Shown here piece by piece: positions 1 through 11,927 of a stretch of DNA of 64,000 nucleotides. The DNA is taken from positions 15,872,001 to 15,936,000 of the forward strand of contig OX597834.1 of the NCBI GenBank assembly GCA_951406725.2, read 5' to 3'. Numbering within the stretch: the first letter of the stretch is position 1; each line of letters starts with the position of its first letter. The notes below the pieces were generated by a model. The model saw only the letters and a program-made list of their open reading frames with translations, made no database searches and was not told where the DNA came from. The stretch is from Octopus vulgaris. Taxonomy: Eukaryota. Both the position numbers and the translations under genes were made by a program.

Positions 1-590
1 GATAAAATATATCGTATATCTATGTGAGATAGTGTGTGTGTGTGTGTGTATAAAACTATAGAAATTTATTATATATAAATATATATATATATATATACAC
101 ACATACATATATATACATACACACGTATACACATGTATTCATATACACACATATATATACATACACACACGTATACACATATATTCATATACACACACAT
201 ACACACACGTATACACATGTATTCATATATATACACACATACACATATACACACAAATACATAATATATATATTCAAATGTGTGTGTGTGCGTGTGCATG
301 AGTGCAGTATGGGAGAATTGTTAAGAAAGTTGCTTTGCAACCACTAAGTCTCCGGTTCAATTCCACTGCTTGGCATCTTGGACAAATCTCAATCTCTGTT
401 TTCCGTAACCTCATGTCGCCCCTATTATCTTGGGAGTGAATTTAGGTTGATGTAATGCTTCTAAGAAATTTAGATCCTCCAAAATTCTACAATGGACTAA
501 GACTTATTGTGAAGAAAATGTGAAGAAGCTTCTGTACTCCCTGGATGCGGAGCAGATGATAATGTATTCATTACTAGAATTCCATTGAAA

Positions 591-1355
591 GGCGGTGAGC
601 TGGCAGAAACGTTAGCACACCGGGCGAAGTACTTAGCGGTATTTCGTCTACTATTACATTCTGAGTTCAAATTCCGCCAAGGCTGGCTTTGCCTTTCATC
701 CTTTCAGGGTTGATAAATTAAGTACCAGTTGCACACTGGGGGTCGATGTAATCGACTTAATCCCTTTGTCTGTCCTTGTTTGTCCCCTCTATATTTAGCC
801 CCTTGTGGGTAGTAAAGAAATAGGTATTTCATCTGCCATTACGTTCTGAGGTCAACTTCTGCCATGGTCGACTTTGCCTTTCATCCTTTCAGGGTCGATA
901 AATTAAGTACCAGTTGTGCACTGGGGTTGATGTAATCGACTTAATCCCTTTGTATGTCCTTGTTTGTCCCTTCTATGTTTAGCCCCTTGTGGGTAGTAAA
1001 GAAATAGGTATTTCATCTGCCATTATGTTCTGAGTTCAAATTCTGCCATGGTCGACTTTGCCTTTCATCCTTTCAGGGTCGATAAATTAAGAACCAGTTG
1101 TGCACTCGGATCGATGTATGTCCTTGTTTGTCCCTTCTATGTTTAGCCCCTTGTGGGTAGTAAAGAAATAGGTATTTCGTCCGTTTTTACATTCTATGTT
1201 CAAATTCCACTGAGGGTGACTTTGCCTTTCATCCTTTCAGGGTCGATAAATTAAGTACCAGTTGCGCACTGGGGTCGATGTAATTGACTTAATCCCTTTG
1301 TCTGTCCTTGTTTGTCCCTCTGTGTTTAGCCCCTTGTAGGCAATAAAGAAATAAA
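591..1355 (+). mobile_element. tRNA-derived SINE (Nin/Deu-domain-like), tandem tetramer
   Basis: A-box-like GAGCTGGCAGAA head, B-box GAGTTCAAATTCC and core GCCTTTCATCCTTTCRGGGTCGATAAATTAAGTACCAG. Four units of about 184 bp (the third is internally deleted). TSD aattccattgaaa at 578-590 and 1356-1368. Confidence 0.9.
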
Positions 1356-1559
1356 AATTCCATTGAAACCTACTGATTTCCCAGTATAATTTAAAAGGGT
1401 ACAGTTTCCAGTGGGACTAAGTTTTGCTCTGTCCATTCAGTTTCCGGTTTACAATTAGAGAAGTGTTGTGGACAATTGTATGTTGGATGCTCACATGTTG
1501 GAAGTCCAAAAAATCCTTTCATTTAAACTCCACTGGCAAATACTCATAATGATCTTTAT

Positions 1560-1961
1560 ACTCTTTTATTTGTTTCAGACTGTGGCCATGCTGGAGCACC
1601 GCCTTTAGTCAAGAAAATCAACCCCAGGACTTATTCTTGGTAAGCCTAGTACTTATTCTATTGGTCTTTTCTGCCGAACCACTAAGTTACGGGGACATTA
1701 ACACACCAGCATCGGTTGTCAAGTGATGTTGGGGGGACAAACACAGACACACAAACATATACACACACACACACATATATATATATATGCACACATACGA
1801 CGGGCTTCTTCCAGTTTCTGTCTACCAAATCCACTTACAAGGCTTTGGTCAGCCCAAGGCTATAGTAGAAGACACTTGCCCAAGGTGTCATGCAGTGGGA
1901 CTGAACCCAGAACCATGTAGTTCGTAAGCAAGTTACTTACCACACAGCCACTCCTATGCCT
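1560..1961 (-). mobile_element. CORE-type tRNA SINE with internal (TA/CA)n (octopus OR1/OR2-like family)
   Basis: tRNA-like head with GGTTCAGTCCC B-box, CORE-like ACCTTGGGCAAGTGTCTT, internal microsatellite and LINE-like tail. More than 15 copies in the window. Confidence 0.85.
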
Positions 1962-2357
1962 ATAAAGAAGTTTTATCAAAATTTGCTTCTGTGTATTTTC
2001 TATTTCAAATATATTATTGTTGTTGATCTCCCAGAATTTATGCCAGTAACGTTAGAACCAACAATCACAATAATTATTAAGAAAGAACTCGTACATCAAC
2101 TTTTTGAATAAAATCCCATTATTTTAACCCGGGCAACACCGGGTACTTCTGCTAATATGTGTATGTATATATGTATATATGTGCATGCATACTAAGCTTA
2201 ATTTCGTTTTTTTATGTACATTTATTTTAATGTATGAGATGTTTAAGCTTCTCACATTAGCAGTAGTAAGGTTTCGTTGTGGAACAGTAGTAAGGTTTCG
2301 CGAGGAACAGGAAAACTTAAAATCGTCATTTATCACACACACAAACACACACACACC

Positions 2358-2389
<32 letters not shown>

Positions 2390-2760
2390 GCACATACTTT
2401 AGTTAATGCAAAATGAAAACGAAAAAGAAACGAAATAATTCAGCGAAAAACAGAACCTCCTTGTTTGTGTAAACATAAATGCAAAGTGCCACAAGAAATA
2501 GTGAATTCAAGACTAAGATTTTAAATTATTTACAATTTGCAGGAGAGCTTTTATAAGCTTCAATTCAATATTTGTAGGGTTTGTGTGAAACACACACAAG
2601 GCAGCTACACTTAGAGTTACAACAGATTCATTTTAAATCATTTTGTTTTTATTCGTCTTTGCAATAAACCACAGAGTGTTTGTAACAAACAGCACTTAAA
2701 AGGCTGCCCTTTTCCTGTTGCTGAATATTATTTAAGGTGAAAAAGCTTAAATCCATATAA

Positions 2761-3925
2761 ATATAGTCGTTTTAATGTGTGACCCTTAAGTTGTTTTTCT
2801 GTGTGTCACTTTGTTCACATTATTTATGCTTTAGATTCAGATGAAAATTCTCCACGAAAATACATTTCGAAGTGTTATGAGAAGTATGTTTATAAAAGCC
2901 CCTAATACGAATTCAAAACAATTTTGGTTCTTGAATATAGTATTAGTACAGCCCTTTTGTGAAGTTTGCAGACATAAAGTTCTAGTTAAGGGGATAGAAT
3001 ATTTGTTCTGAATCATTTTGTTACACTCCGTTTCAATTTTGCAATATCTATATCTTGTGTATGTGTGTGTCATCATCATCATCTTTTTCTTTATTACCCA
3101 CAAGGGCTAAACATAGAGGGGACAAACAAGGACAGACAAACGGATTAAGTCGATTACATCGACCCCAGTGCGTAACTGGTACTTAATTTATCGACCCTGA
3201 AAGGATGAAAGGCAAAGTCGACCTCGGCGGAATTTGAACTCAGAACGCAACGACAGACATAATACCGCTAAGCATTTCACCCGGTGTGCTAACGTTTCTG
3301 CCATCATCATCATCGTTTAACATCTGCTTTCCGTGCTGGCATGGGTTGGATGGTTTCATAGGAGCTGACCAGGTAGAAGACTAACCTAGGCTGGTGTGTC
3401 TGTTTTTACAGGATTTTACATGACCTTTACAGCTGGATGCCCTTCCTAACACTGACCATGCTGCAGAGTGGTCTGAGTGCTTTTTATGTGACACCAGCAC
3501 AGGCAAGGTCAGTTTGGTATGGTTTTTACAGCTGGATGCCCTTCCAAATGCCAACCACTTGACAGTGTGGACTAGATTTTATATGGAGGAGATGCAAGAA
3601 GTATACATCAACATATACTTAATATAGTCATTTTAATGTGTGACCCTTAAGTTGTTTTCATCTGTGTGTCACTTTGTTCACATTATTTATGCTTTAGATT
3701 CAGATGAAAATTCTCCACGAAAATACATTTCGAAGTGTTATGAGAAGTATGTTTATAAAATGCCCTAATACGATTCAAAACAATTTTGGTTCTTGAATAT
3801 ATAGTACAGCCCTGTGAAGTTTGTAGACATAAAGTTCTAGTTAAGGGGATAGAATATTTGTTCTGAATCATTTTGTTACACTCCGTTTCAATTTTGCAAT
3901 ATCTATATCTTGTGTATGTGTGTGT
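2761..3925 (+). repeat. Direct duplication of about 305 bp (2761-3070 and about 3621-3925) flanking two SINEs
   Basis: Near-identical blocks atatagtc.ttttaatgtgtgacccttaag...tatcttgtgtatgtgtgtgt. Confidence 0.9.
3083..3302 (-). mobile_element. Nin/Deu-like SINE monomer
   Basis: Reverse complement of the 591-1355 unit, including its head. Confidence 0.85.
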
Positions 3926-4446
3926 GTCCCTCTCCCTCTTTCGGAGAGGCACTGAGCACCTACATGCACATATACACACACGGCAGTAACTTCCACCTAC
4001 CGAATTCAATCACAAAGCTCCGGTCGGCTCGGGGCTATAGTGGAAGACACCTCCCCAAAGTGCCACGCAGTGGGACTGAACCCGAAACCATGTAGCTAGG
4101 AAGCAAGCTCCCTAACCACACAGCCATGTGTGTCTATATAATATCAGACAAGGATTTTTAATGGTGCTTTTCTGTAGCTTCTTTGCTCACTCGATGGAGA
4201 AGGAATTGGGCCGTTGCGGAGCAGGGGTTCATTATCTGGTGGGAAGTGCACAGTGCATGTCAAGTGCCCTAGATGGGTGCCGATGCACAACTGTTGTTCA
4301 AGAACAGTGTCTGTTGAAGAGTTTGACTGGGGTAGTTCATCCCTCCAACAGTAAACACAGCTGCCACTAGGCGACCTCAGCATGGACAGAAGCCCCGTGT
4401 CAAGCAAAATGTGAGGAAATAAATCGTGTGTGTGTGTAATTGGTGA

Positions 4447-4755
4447 AGGCGCATGACTCAGAGGTAGTAAATTCGATTGCCAGACCGGGCTGTGTGTTGT
4501 GTTCTTGAGCAAGACACTTTATTTCACATTGCTTCAGTTCATTCAGCTGTGGATATGAGTTGTGACATCACTGGTGCCAAGCTGTATCGGCCCCTTTGCC
4601 TTTCCTTTGGATAACATTGGTGACATGGAGAGGGGAGGCCAGTATGCATGGGCAACTGTTAGTCTCCCATAAACAACCTTGCCTGGATCTGTGCCTCAGA
4701 AGGTAACTTTCTAGGTGCAATCCCATGGTCATTTGAGACTGAAGGGTGCCTTTAC
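4447..4755 (+). mobile_element. tRNA-derived SINE (V/CORE-like); second copy at 53081-53410
   Basis: GCATGACTCAG head and TTCTTGAGCAAGACACTTTATTTCAC..CAGCTGT core; closely matches 53081-53410. Confidence 0.7.
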
Positions 4756-4969
4756 CGTATATGTGTGTGTGTGTACTATGATTATACTTAGGCATAGTGA
4801 TACTAATACCCAGTTGATAGGACTCATTATATATATGCTTTAAGATGTTGCACAAGGACTCACTGTTGAGTGCTCTGTTTCTTATAGCAGAAACGACTGT
4901 AAGCTAATGAAGTTGATTAGATAACTCCTGTATGGTTGTCATTCAATAATTGCTATATAAATATAGTAA

Positions 4970-5368
4970 AGTGAAAATCAAAATCGAAATCGATCAACAT
5001 CAATGGAATTTGATCCGAACGTGGCCGTAGCCAGCACCGCATCGACTGGCCTCCATGCCGGTGGCACGTAAAAAGCACCATCCGAGCGTGGCCGTTTACC
5101 AGCCTGGCTTGTCCTCCATGCCGGTGGCATGTAAAAAGCACCAACCGATTGTGGCCGTTCACCAGCCTCGTCTGGCACCTGTGCCGGTGGTATGTAAAAA
5201 GCACCCACTACACTCTCGGAGTGGTTGGCGTTAGGAAGGGCATCCAGCTGTAGCAACATTGCCAGATCAGACTGGGCCTGGTGCAGCCTTCTGGCTTCCC
5301 AGACCCCAGTTGAACCGTCCAACCCATGCTAGCATGGAAAGTGGACATTAAACGATGATGATGATGAT
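4970..5368 (+). mobile_element. Meta-domain-like SINE with (GAT)n tail
   Basis: GTGGTTGGCGTTAGGAAGGGCATCCAGCTGTA core, internal TGGCACGTAAAAAGCACC subrepeats and a CATGGAAAG..TTAAACGATGATGAT tail. Related copies lie at about 3305-3580, 12918-13180, 21985-22262, 42370-42612, 51120-51920, 54200-54540 and 61010-61357. Confidence 0.75.
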
Positions 5369-6001
5369 AAACACATATGCCTAGGTGCAGGTATGGCTGT
5401 TTGGTTGAAGCTCTCTTCTGAGTTTCATGGTTTTAGGTTCAGTCTCATGGCACTGCACCTTAGGCAAGTCTCTTCTACCATATCTTTGGGCCGATCAAAG
5501 CTTTGGGAATGAATTTGGTACATGGAAACTAAAAGAAGTCGGTTGTGTGTATATCATCCTCATCATCATCATCGTTTAACACCTGTTTTCCATCCTGGAA
5601 TGGGCCAACCACTTGGCAGTGTGGATGAAGGTGGTGAGTTGGCAGAACTGTTAGAACGCCGGGTAAAATACTTAGCACTGGCCCAGGATGCCATGCAGTG
5701 GGACTGAACCCGGAACCATGTGGCTGGGAAGCAAGCTTCTGACCACACAACCACGACTGCATCTACATATATATTTCTATCTTTTACTTGTTTCAGTCAT
5801 TAAACTGCGGCCATGCTGGGGCACTGCCTTGGGGAATTTTTAGTTAAATGAATGGATCCCATTATTTTCTGTTTAAGCCTGACACTTATTCTCTCGGTCT
5901 CTTTTTGCTGAACCACTAAGTTACAGGGACATAAAGACACCAACACTGGTTGTCAAGTGGTGGTGGTGGTGGGGGGACAAACAAAGACACACACATAAAT
6001 A

Positions 6002-6047
<46 letters not shown>

Positions 6048-7057
6048 GGAGTAAACACATAAATGTGAAACAAGGTGGAAAAAAGAGTACTCAAATACCA
6101 GTGGTAGAGTAATATGCTTTATTTAAAGCAGCAGAAAATGGCTAGAGTGGAACTGAACCTGGATCTATGTGGTTGGGAAGCAAGCTTCTTATCACACAGC
6201 CAATTCCTGTGTCCATCATCATCATCATCATTTAGTGACCGTTGTCCATGCTGACATGGGTTGCATGCTTTGACCAGGGCTGGCCAGCTGAGAAGCTGCA
6301 CCAGACTCCAGCCTTCTCTGGCAAGGTCCCTACGGCCGGATGCCCTTCATAATGCCAAATACACATAAAGTTATATCCCAGGCTTCTTTCAGTTTCCATC
6401 TACTAAATCTACTCACAGATCTTTGGTTGGTATGGGCTACAGTAGAAGACACTTGTCCCAAACTACTACGCAGTGGGACTGAACCTGAAACCATATGGTT
6501 GAGGAGTTGAAATTCTTGCCACAGCTGCATCTCCATATAATAATATAAAAGAAAAATAAGATAGAAACTTTTGTAATTATTTTTCTTACCCTTTTTTCTT
6601 TGGTTTTCTTTTTTCTTTTCTTTCTTTTTTTTTTTTTGTTAATAATAATTTTAAATAGATAAGCTTTATTTCCAAAGTGGAATTGTTGTATGCTAGAGAA
6701 GAAATGAAAAGAATTTGCAGATACAATAGAAGGATTTATACAAAACAAAACAGAAACTGAAAAGGTTTGAACTATGTCAGCAGTAATAAACTCCGAGATC
6801 TTCTCTTCTTTGAGTAAGAATTTAGGAGCGAAAAAAAAGACGAGAGAAACAAAGAAAAACAGAATTAAAAGCAACAAGCAATCAAATGCACCGATATTTC
6901 TTTCACTCTTAAATCAAGCTGTTTTTCTTTTCAGCTCATTTTTCTGTCTTGTTTTCTAGAAGAGAAAGAAAAATTAATTAAAAAAAGAAAGTACTTATAT
7001 ATATATATATATTATTTATGTGTGTATATATATATGTATATTTGTGTGGGTGGGTGT

Positions 7058-7096
<39 letters not shown>

Positions 7097-7387
7097 CGTG
7101 TGTGTGCATATATATATATATATACCTATATACTTATCTATGTGCGTGTGCATGTGAATATATACATATATTTATTTATGTATACATACATAGATATTTA
7201 TCAATGTGTGTGTATGTATAGACATATATGTATATATATGTGTGTATATATATGTGTATGGATATATACATATATGTATGTATGCATGTGTGTATGTATA
7301 CATATATACACCTTTGTGTGTGTGTATATATATATTTATGTATATATACATATATATATCTTTGTGTATATATATATATATATTTAT

Positions 7388-7424
<37 letters not shown>

Positions 7425-7436
7425 TTTATCTTTGTG

Positions 7437-7467
<31 letters not shown>

Positions 7468-7603
7468 TCACACACAAGCATATATACATATACATACACA
7501 CATATAGAGATAAATATTCTATTGTATTCTCTAAGACACTGGGAAGGTTTTGATTTCTGCATTAATCAAGAATGGATGAACTACTCAAGTAGTCTCAGGT
7601 AAA

Positions 7604-7655
<52 letters not shown>

Positions 7656-8128
7656 GAAGTGGGAGAAGGAGGCTAAGAACCCTCAACGCCCACCACCCAC
7701 CTTTATTGTAACATATACTGTCATTGAGAAGAAAATAAAAAAAAAAAATGCACAGATAATATTCTATTATATTCACTGTTGAATAGATAAACTGCAGAAA
7801 TAGTTTTACAGTAAAAAAAAAAAAAATGAAGAAAACGCAAAGAAAATGGTAGAGGGATGAGGCTGAGAACCCTTGGCTCCCACCCCACCCCACAACCTCC
7901 TCTCCTGTAATATATATTGTTGGCAAGAAGGAAATTAAAAAGAAACTAAATTGCAAGTAATGTTCTGTTGTAGTCAATGGCGTGGTTTGGTTGTGGTGGT
8001 GTTGTGAACAACAGATAAACTACTTATGGAGTTTGAGAGTTTTAAAATACGAATTAGTGGGGGAGGGCTTAAACCCTCCCACGACATGTGTCTTTTCTCA
8101 TAATTTTGTTTTCGGTGGGGTTTTTTTT

Positions 8129-9260
8129 TCCAGAACTTTCTTGTGGGCGGTGGCTTGAGATAGGGTCAGTTTGGTGCAGGTTGGGTTGAGATTATTAAGC
8201 TTATGATTTGATGTTCTGATTGAAGTTGTGAAGATTGGAAGGTTGGTGGTGTCTGCGTGGTGGGCCACAATGATTCATTAGCTGGGTTAGGCTTGCGGTT
8301 AGGGTTGAGAGGTAAAGTACCTTCCAGAACTTTCTTGTGGGCGGTGGCTTGAGATAGGGTCAGTTTGGTGCAGGCTGGGTTGAGATTATAAAATTTATGA
8401 TTTGATGTTCTGATTGAAGTTGTGAAGATTGGAAGGTTGGTGGTGTCTGCGTGGTGGGCCACAATGATTCATTAGCTGGGTTAGGCTTGCGGTTAGGGTT
8501 GGGAGGTAAAGTACCTGTTGCTCAGAATTGGTCAGGTGAAAAAGAAATGTGCTGTGTTCATTATATAGGGTCAAGATCAGAAGGTTGGTAGTGTCTGCGT
8601 GGTGAGCCACAGTGATTCATTAGCTGGGTTAGGCTTGTGGTTAGGGTTGGGAGGTAAAGTACCTGTTGCTCAGAATTGATCAGGTGAAAAAGAAATGTGC
8701 TGTGTTCATTATATAGGGTCAAGATCAGAAGGTTGGTGGTGTCTGCGTGGTGAGCCACAGTGATTCATTAGCTGGGTTAGGCTTGCGGTTAGGGTTGGGA
8801 GGTAAAGTACCTGTTGCTCAGAATTGCGAAAAGAAATGTGCTGTGTTCAGGGTCAAGATCAGAAGGTTGGTCTGCGCCACAGTGACAAAGAAATGTCTCA
8901 GAATTGATCAGGTGAAAAAGAAATGTGCTGTGTTCATTATAAAAAGGGTCAAGATAAGAAGGCTGGAGGTGTTTGTGTGGCAGGCAGGAGTGGGGTTAGG
9001 GTTGGGAGCAGTGAATTCCGGAAGGAAGGATACTTGTTCGAAATTGGTCAGAAGAAAAAGAAATGTACAGTGCAACATATAGGGTCAAGATTGGAAAATT
9101 GGAGGTGTTTATGTGGTGTGCCACAGTGAATCATTAGCTGGGTTGGGGTTGTGGTTAGGGTTGGGAGCCATGAATTCCAGAAGGTGGAGAGGGAAAGAGG
9201 AAGGATACCTGTTGTCCGAAATTGGTCGGGAGAAAAAAAAAAAAAGCTGTGCAACATAGA
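8129..9260 (+). repeat. Mosaic G-rich tandem array (194-bp then 148-bp periods, degenerating rightwards)
   Basis: Block aaggttggtggtgtctgcgtggtg..gggttaggcttgcggttagggttgggaggtaaagtacc recurs at about 8239, 8433, 8581 and 8729, with decayed copies beyond. Confidence 0.85.
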
Positions 9261-9874
9261 GGGTCTAGAAAGTGAGATGCTGTCTGAAAGATTGATGGAA
9301 AGAGAAGGTCAAAAATTTAAAAAAAAAAAAAAGGTGTGATGTGATTGGTGTTGCAGACGTAGGTGGCATCATATCATATGAGTAAATTCTGAAGAGATCA
9401 AAGATAATTATCGTTTGGTGACATAGCAAAGAAGGGACAGAAAGATATATAGGTCCACATACAGAGTGGGAGGAAGGAGTGGGGACAGTGATTGATGGGC
9501 CTGACACAGCTGGCCAATATATTATTGATTGAAACTTGTCTGTGTGTCTGTGAAAATTTGCTTAGGTCTCACCAATAACTTTGCACTTTCTCTCCCTTTT
9601 TTGCTCCCTTTTTTTTTCTCTCTCTCCTACACTGTAATAAGTTTGAAATGGTTTCAAATCTTAGCAGAAGGCCAGAAATTTTGGAGAGGGGGCTAAGTTG
9701 GTTAGATCAAGCCCAGTGCTCAACTGGTACTTATTTTATCGACCCTGAAAGGACAAAAGGCAAAGTCGGCCTTGGTGGAATTTGAATTCAGAACGTAAAG
9801 ACGGATGAAATGCTGCTAAGCATTTTGCCCAGCATGCTAACGATTCTGCCAAATCATTTGCCTTAATGATGATA

Positions 9875-9914
<40 letters not shown>

Positions 9915-9966
9915 CTTTTCTTCTATAGGCACAAGGCCTGAAATTTTGTGGAGAGGGGGCTAGTCA

Positions 9967-9999
<33 letters not shown>

Positions 10000-10658
10000 C
10001 CTTTGTACTATTTAAGGAGAAGGAGCTTAAATGAGTCGATGCAGAAGAAATGGTTAAAGGGGATCGATGGTCGAAAAAGTTTGGCAGCCTTTAGTCTAAC
10101 TGATGCCAGCATGGAAAGCCGATGCTAAATGATGATAATGATGTCCAAACATCACAGAGGTTGTTTACTTTCCTTTCATCTATCCATAGTTCTTATTAGT
10201 CATGTGACATACATGAGCAAATCTTTAAAGGTGAAACGAGCATGCACCCATCGGTCATTTCACCTACCTACCTACCTACCTTTAAAAACACTTGTCTCTG
10301 TGGAAGTTTGGTTGGTTGACAAAGTTGTCAGGGCTTTGGATAGAAATTGTTACAATTTTTGTTCAGTTTCTCTGAGTTCAAATCAGGCTGAGGCCAACTT
10401 AACTTTTCAGCCATTCAGGGTCAAATAAAGTGCCACCCCAATAATGGTATAACCCTTTCTTGTTCAGGCTGTCACCTCCTGGGTTAAGTATCTGTGCCAA
10501 GTTTCAAACTGTGTGAAAATCTTTGAAAGAAGTGAAACAACTGCACACCTGTTGCAATCAATGTTTAACCAAAATTATTATTCATTCTCCTGATATTATT
10601 TCCAATACGGTAAATAATTTGTGACGTCTTTGTACCTAACAATCAAGTACATACATAC

Positions 10659-10786
10659 GGGTAAACTATGAAAAATCAACGAAACTGCACATGGCCAAGA
10701 ACAAAAGGCTATTCATGTCTTACCGGTCATAAATAGCCTTTTTTTATTGGCAATGTGCATTTTCGTTGATTTTTCATATTTTACCC
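10659..10786. repeat. Imperfect palindrome with arms of about 55 bp
   Basis: gggtaaactatgaaaaatcaacgaaactgcacatggccaagaacaaaaggctatt pairs with aatagcctttttttattggcaatgtgcattttcgttgatttttcatattttaccc. Confidence 0.8.
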
Positions 10787-10870
10787 TTACATTTTCATGT
10801 GTATTTTATATTTTCTTTTCGTAACATATTTCTACTATATATGTATATATATATATATACATATATTTAT

Positions 10871-11082
10871 AATGTGACCGCATGTGTACCGTTGGCGATT
10901 TTTTTTTCATCCGTCTTCCTTTCTCTGGATCTTTCTTTTTCCTATGTTTCTGACGAAGAGCTCTGCTCAAAACGTAAAACCCTCCTTCTTCCCTTCCTTT
11001 CTGAGCGTCCAATAATACTATATTTGTTCCACGTCCTCGCGTTGTTCTGTTTTCTCTTGGTGTTTTCATGTTTTGATTAACT
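10871..11082 (+). mobile_element. Short Penelope-type (pLTR-like) element with hammerhead motif (G12 mutated)
   Basis: Same family of about 200 bp as 14673-14872 and 60292-60481; gttt-CTGACGA-agagctctgctc-AAAAC-GTA-aaac at 10946-10980; flanked by (TA)n. Confidence 0.65.
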
Positions 11083-11439
11083 ATATATATATTTATATAT
11101 ATATATACAAAGTAAGATAGGGGTTATGGGTGTAACCCACTATGGGATAGTATTTATCCAATATGCTGTTGGTAAAGTACCCAGATTCTTAGTACATAAA
11201 TGTTTTTAATTGCAATGCAATTAACTCATTTATTGTATTAAATGGGTGAAGGTAAAGAAATATTTTTACCGTAAATTTATAATACAAATAAGAAAATGGA
11301 GAAGCAAATTTAGTTTGTTCATCAACTTTCGGATGTTAGAATGTTGGATTATTTATTCATTCAACAAAATGATAAACCTTAATAGCATATGTATATATCT
11401 TATAATTCAATACATATAAGATAAGAATACAAATTATAA

Positions 11440-11486
<47 letters not shown>

Positions 11487-11526
11487 CCTATGCTTTATTT
11501 CAAAGCAGCAGAAAATTCAACAAAAC

Positions 11527-11564
11527 CTGTTACTCTGAGTTTCACGTTCCTGTTCGTCGGACAG
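11527..11564 (-). ncRNA. Type I hammerhead ribozyme-like motif in a second short repeat family (related sequence at 6045-6140)
   Basis: Minus strand CTGT-CCGACGA-AC-AGGAAC-GT-GAA-ACT-CAG-AGT-A-ACAG. Stem I is CTGT/ACAG, with a short stem II, stem III ACT/AGT, a GUA cleavage triplet and a U4C core variant. Confidence 0.5.
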
Positions 11565-11894
11565 TTTTTGCTAGACCCCTGGTATTTGAGTACTCTTTTT
11601 TTCCACCTTGTTTCACATTTATGTGTTTACTCTGGTATATATATACCTATATATATGCACACATACACACACACACATATATATATATATATATGTCCAT
11701 ATACAGATATGTGCATGCATATATATCAATACACATACATTTGTACATACATGATTATATATGTGCATTTATGTCTGTGTATGTGTATATATATATATAT
11801 ATATATACATACACACTCATACTTTATTTAAGAGCAGCAGAAATATAACAAAAGGTGTTATATATATATATATATACATACACATGCATGTATG

Positions 11895-11927
<33 letters not shown>

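Larger units (their letters stand above)
440..2155 (+). mobile_element. Helitron 3' relic: degenerate Pif1 helicase C-terminus plus terminal hairpin, interrupted by two SINE insertions
   Basis: Translates with stops and frameshifts to MLLRNLDPPKFYNGLRLIVKK..VFITRIPLK|PTDFP..FKRVQFPVGLSFA..GQLYVGCSHVGSPKN..YKEVL, which are Helitron Pif1 motifs. The 3' hairpin acccgg-gcaaca-ccgggt (2127-2144) is followed by CTAA|T (CTRR) at 2152-2156. Confidence 0.85.

Noticed and set aside
591-680. tRNA genes
   Set aside because: A/B-box heads continue into SINE bodies and do not form complete cloverleaves.
591-1355. CRISPR-like array
   Set aside because: Units are contiguous SINE copies without unique spacers, in eukaryotic DNA with no cas genes.
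7018-7602. Long ORFs of Y/I/V/C/H/T residues (and similar ORFs throughout the window)
   Set aside because: Translations of (TA)n/(CA)n microsatellites that are stop-free by composition.
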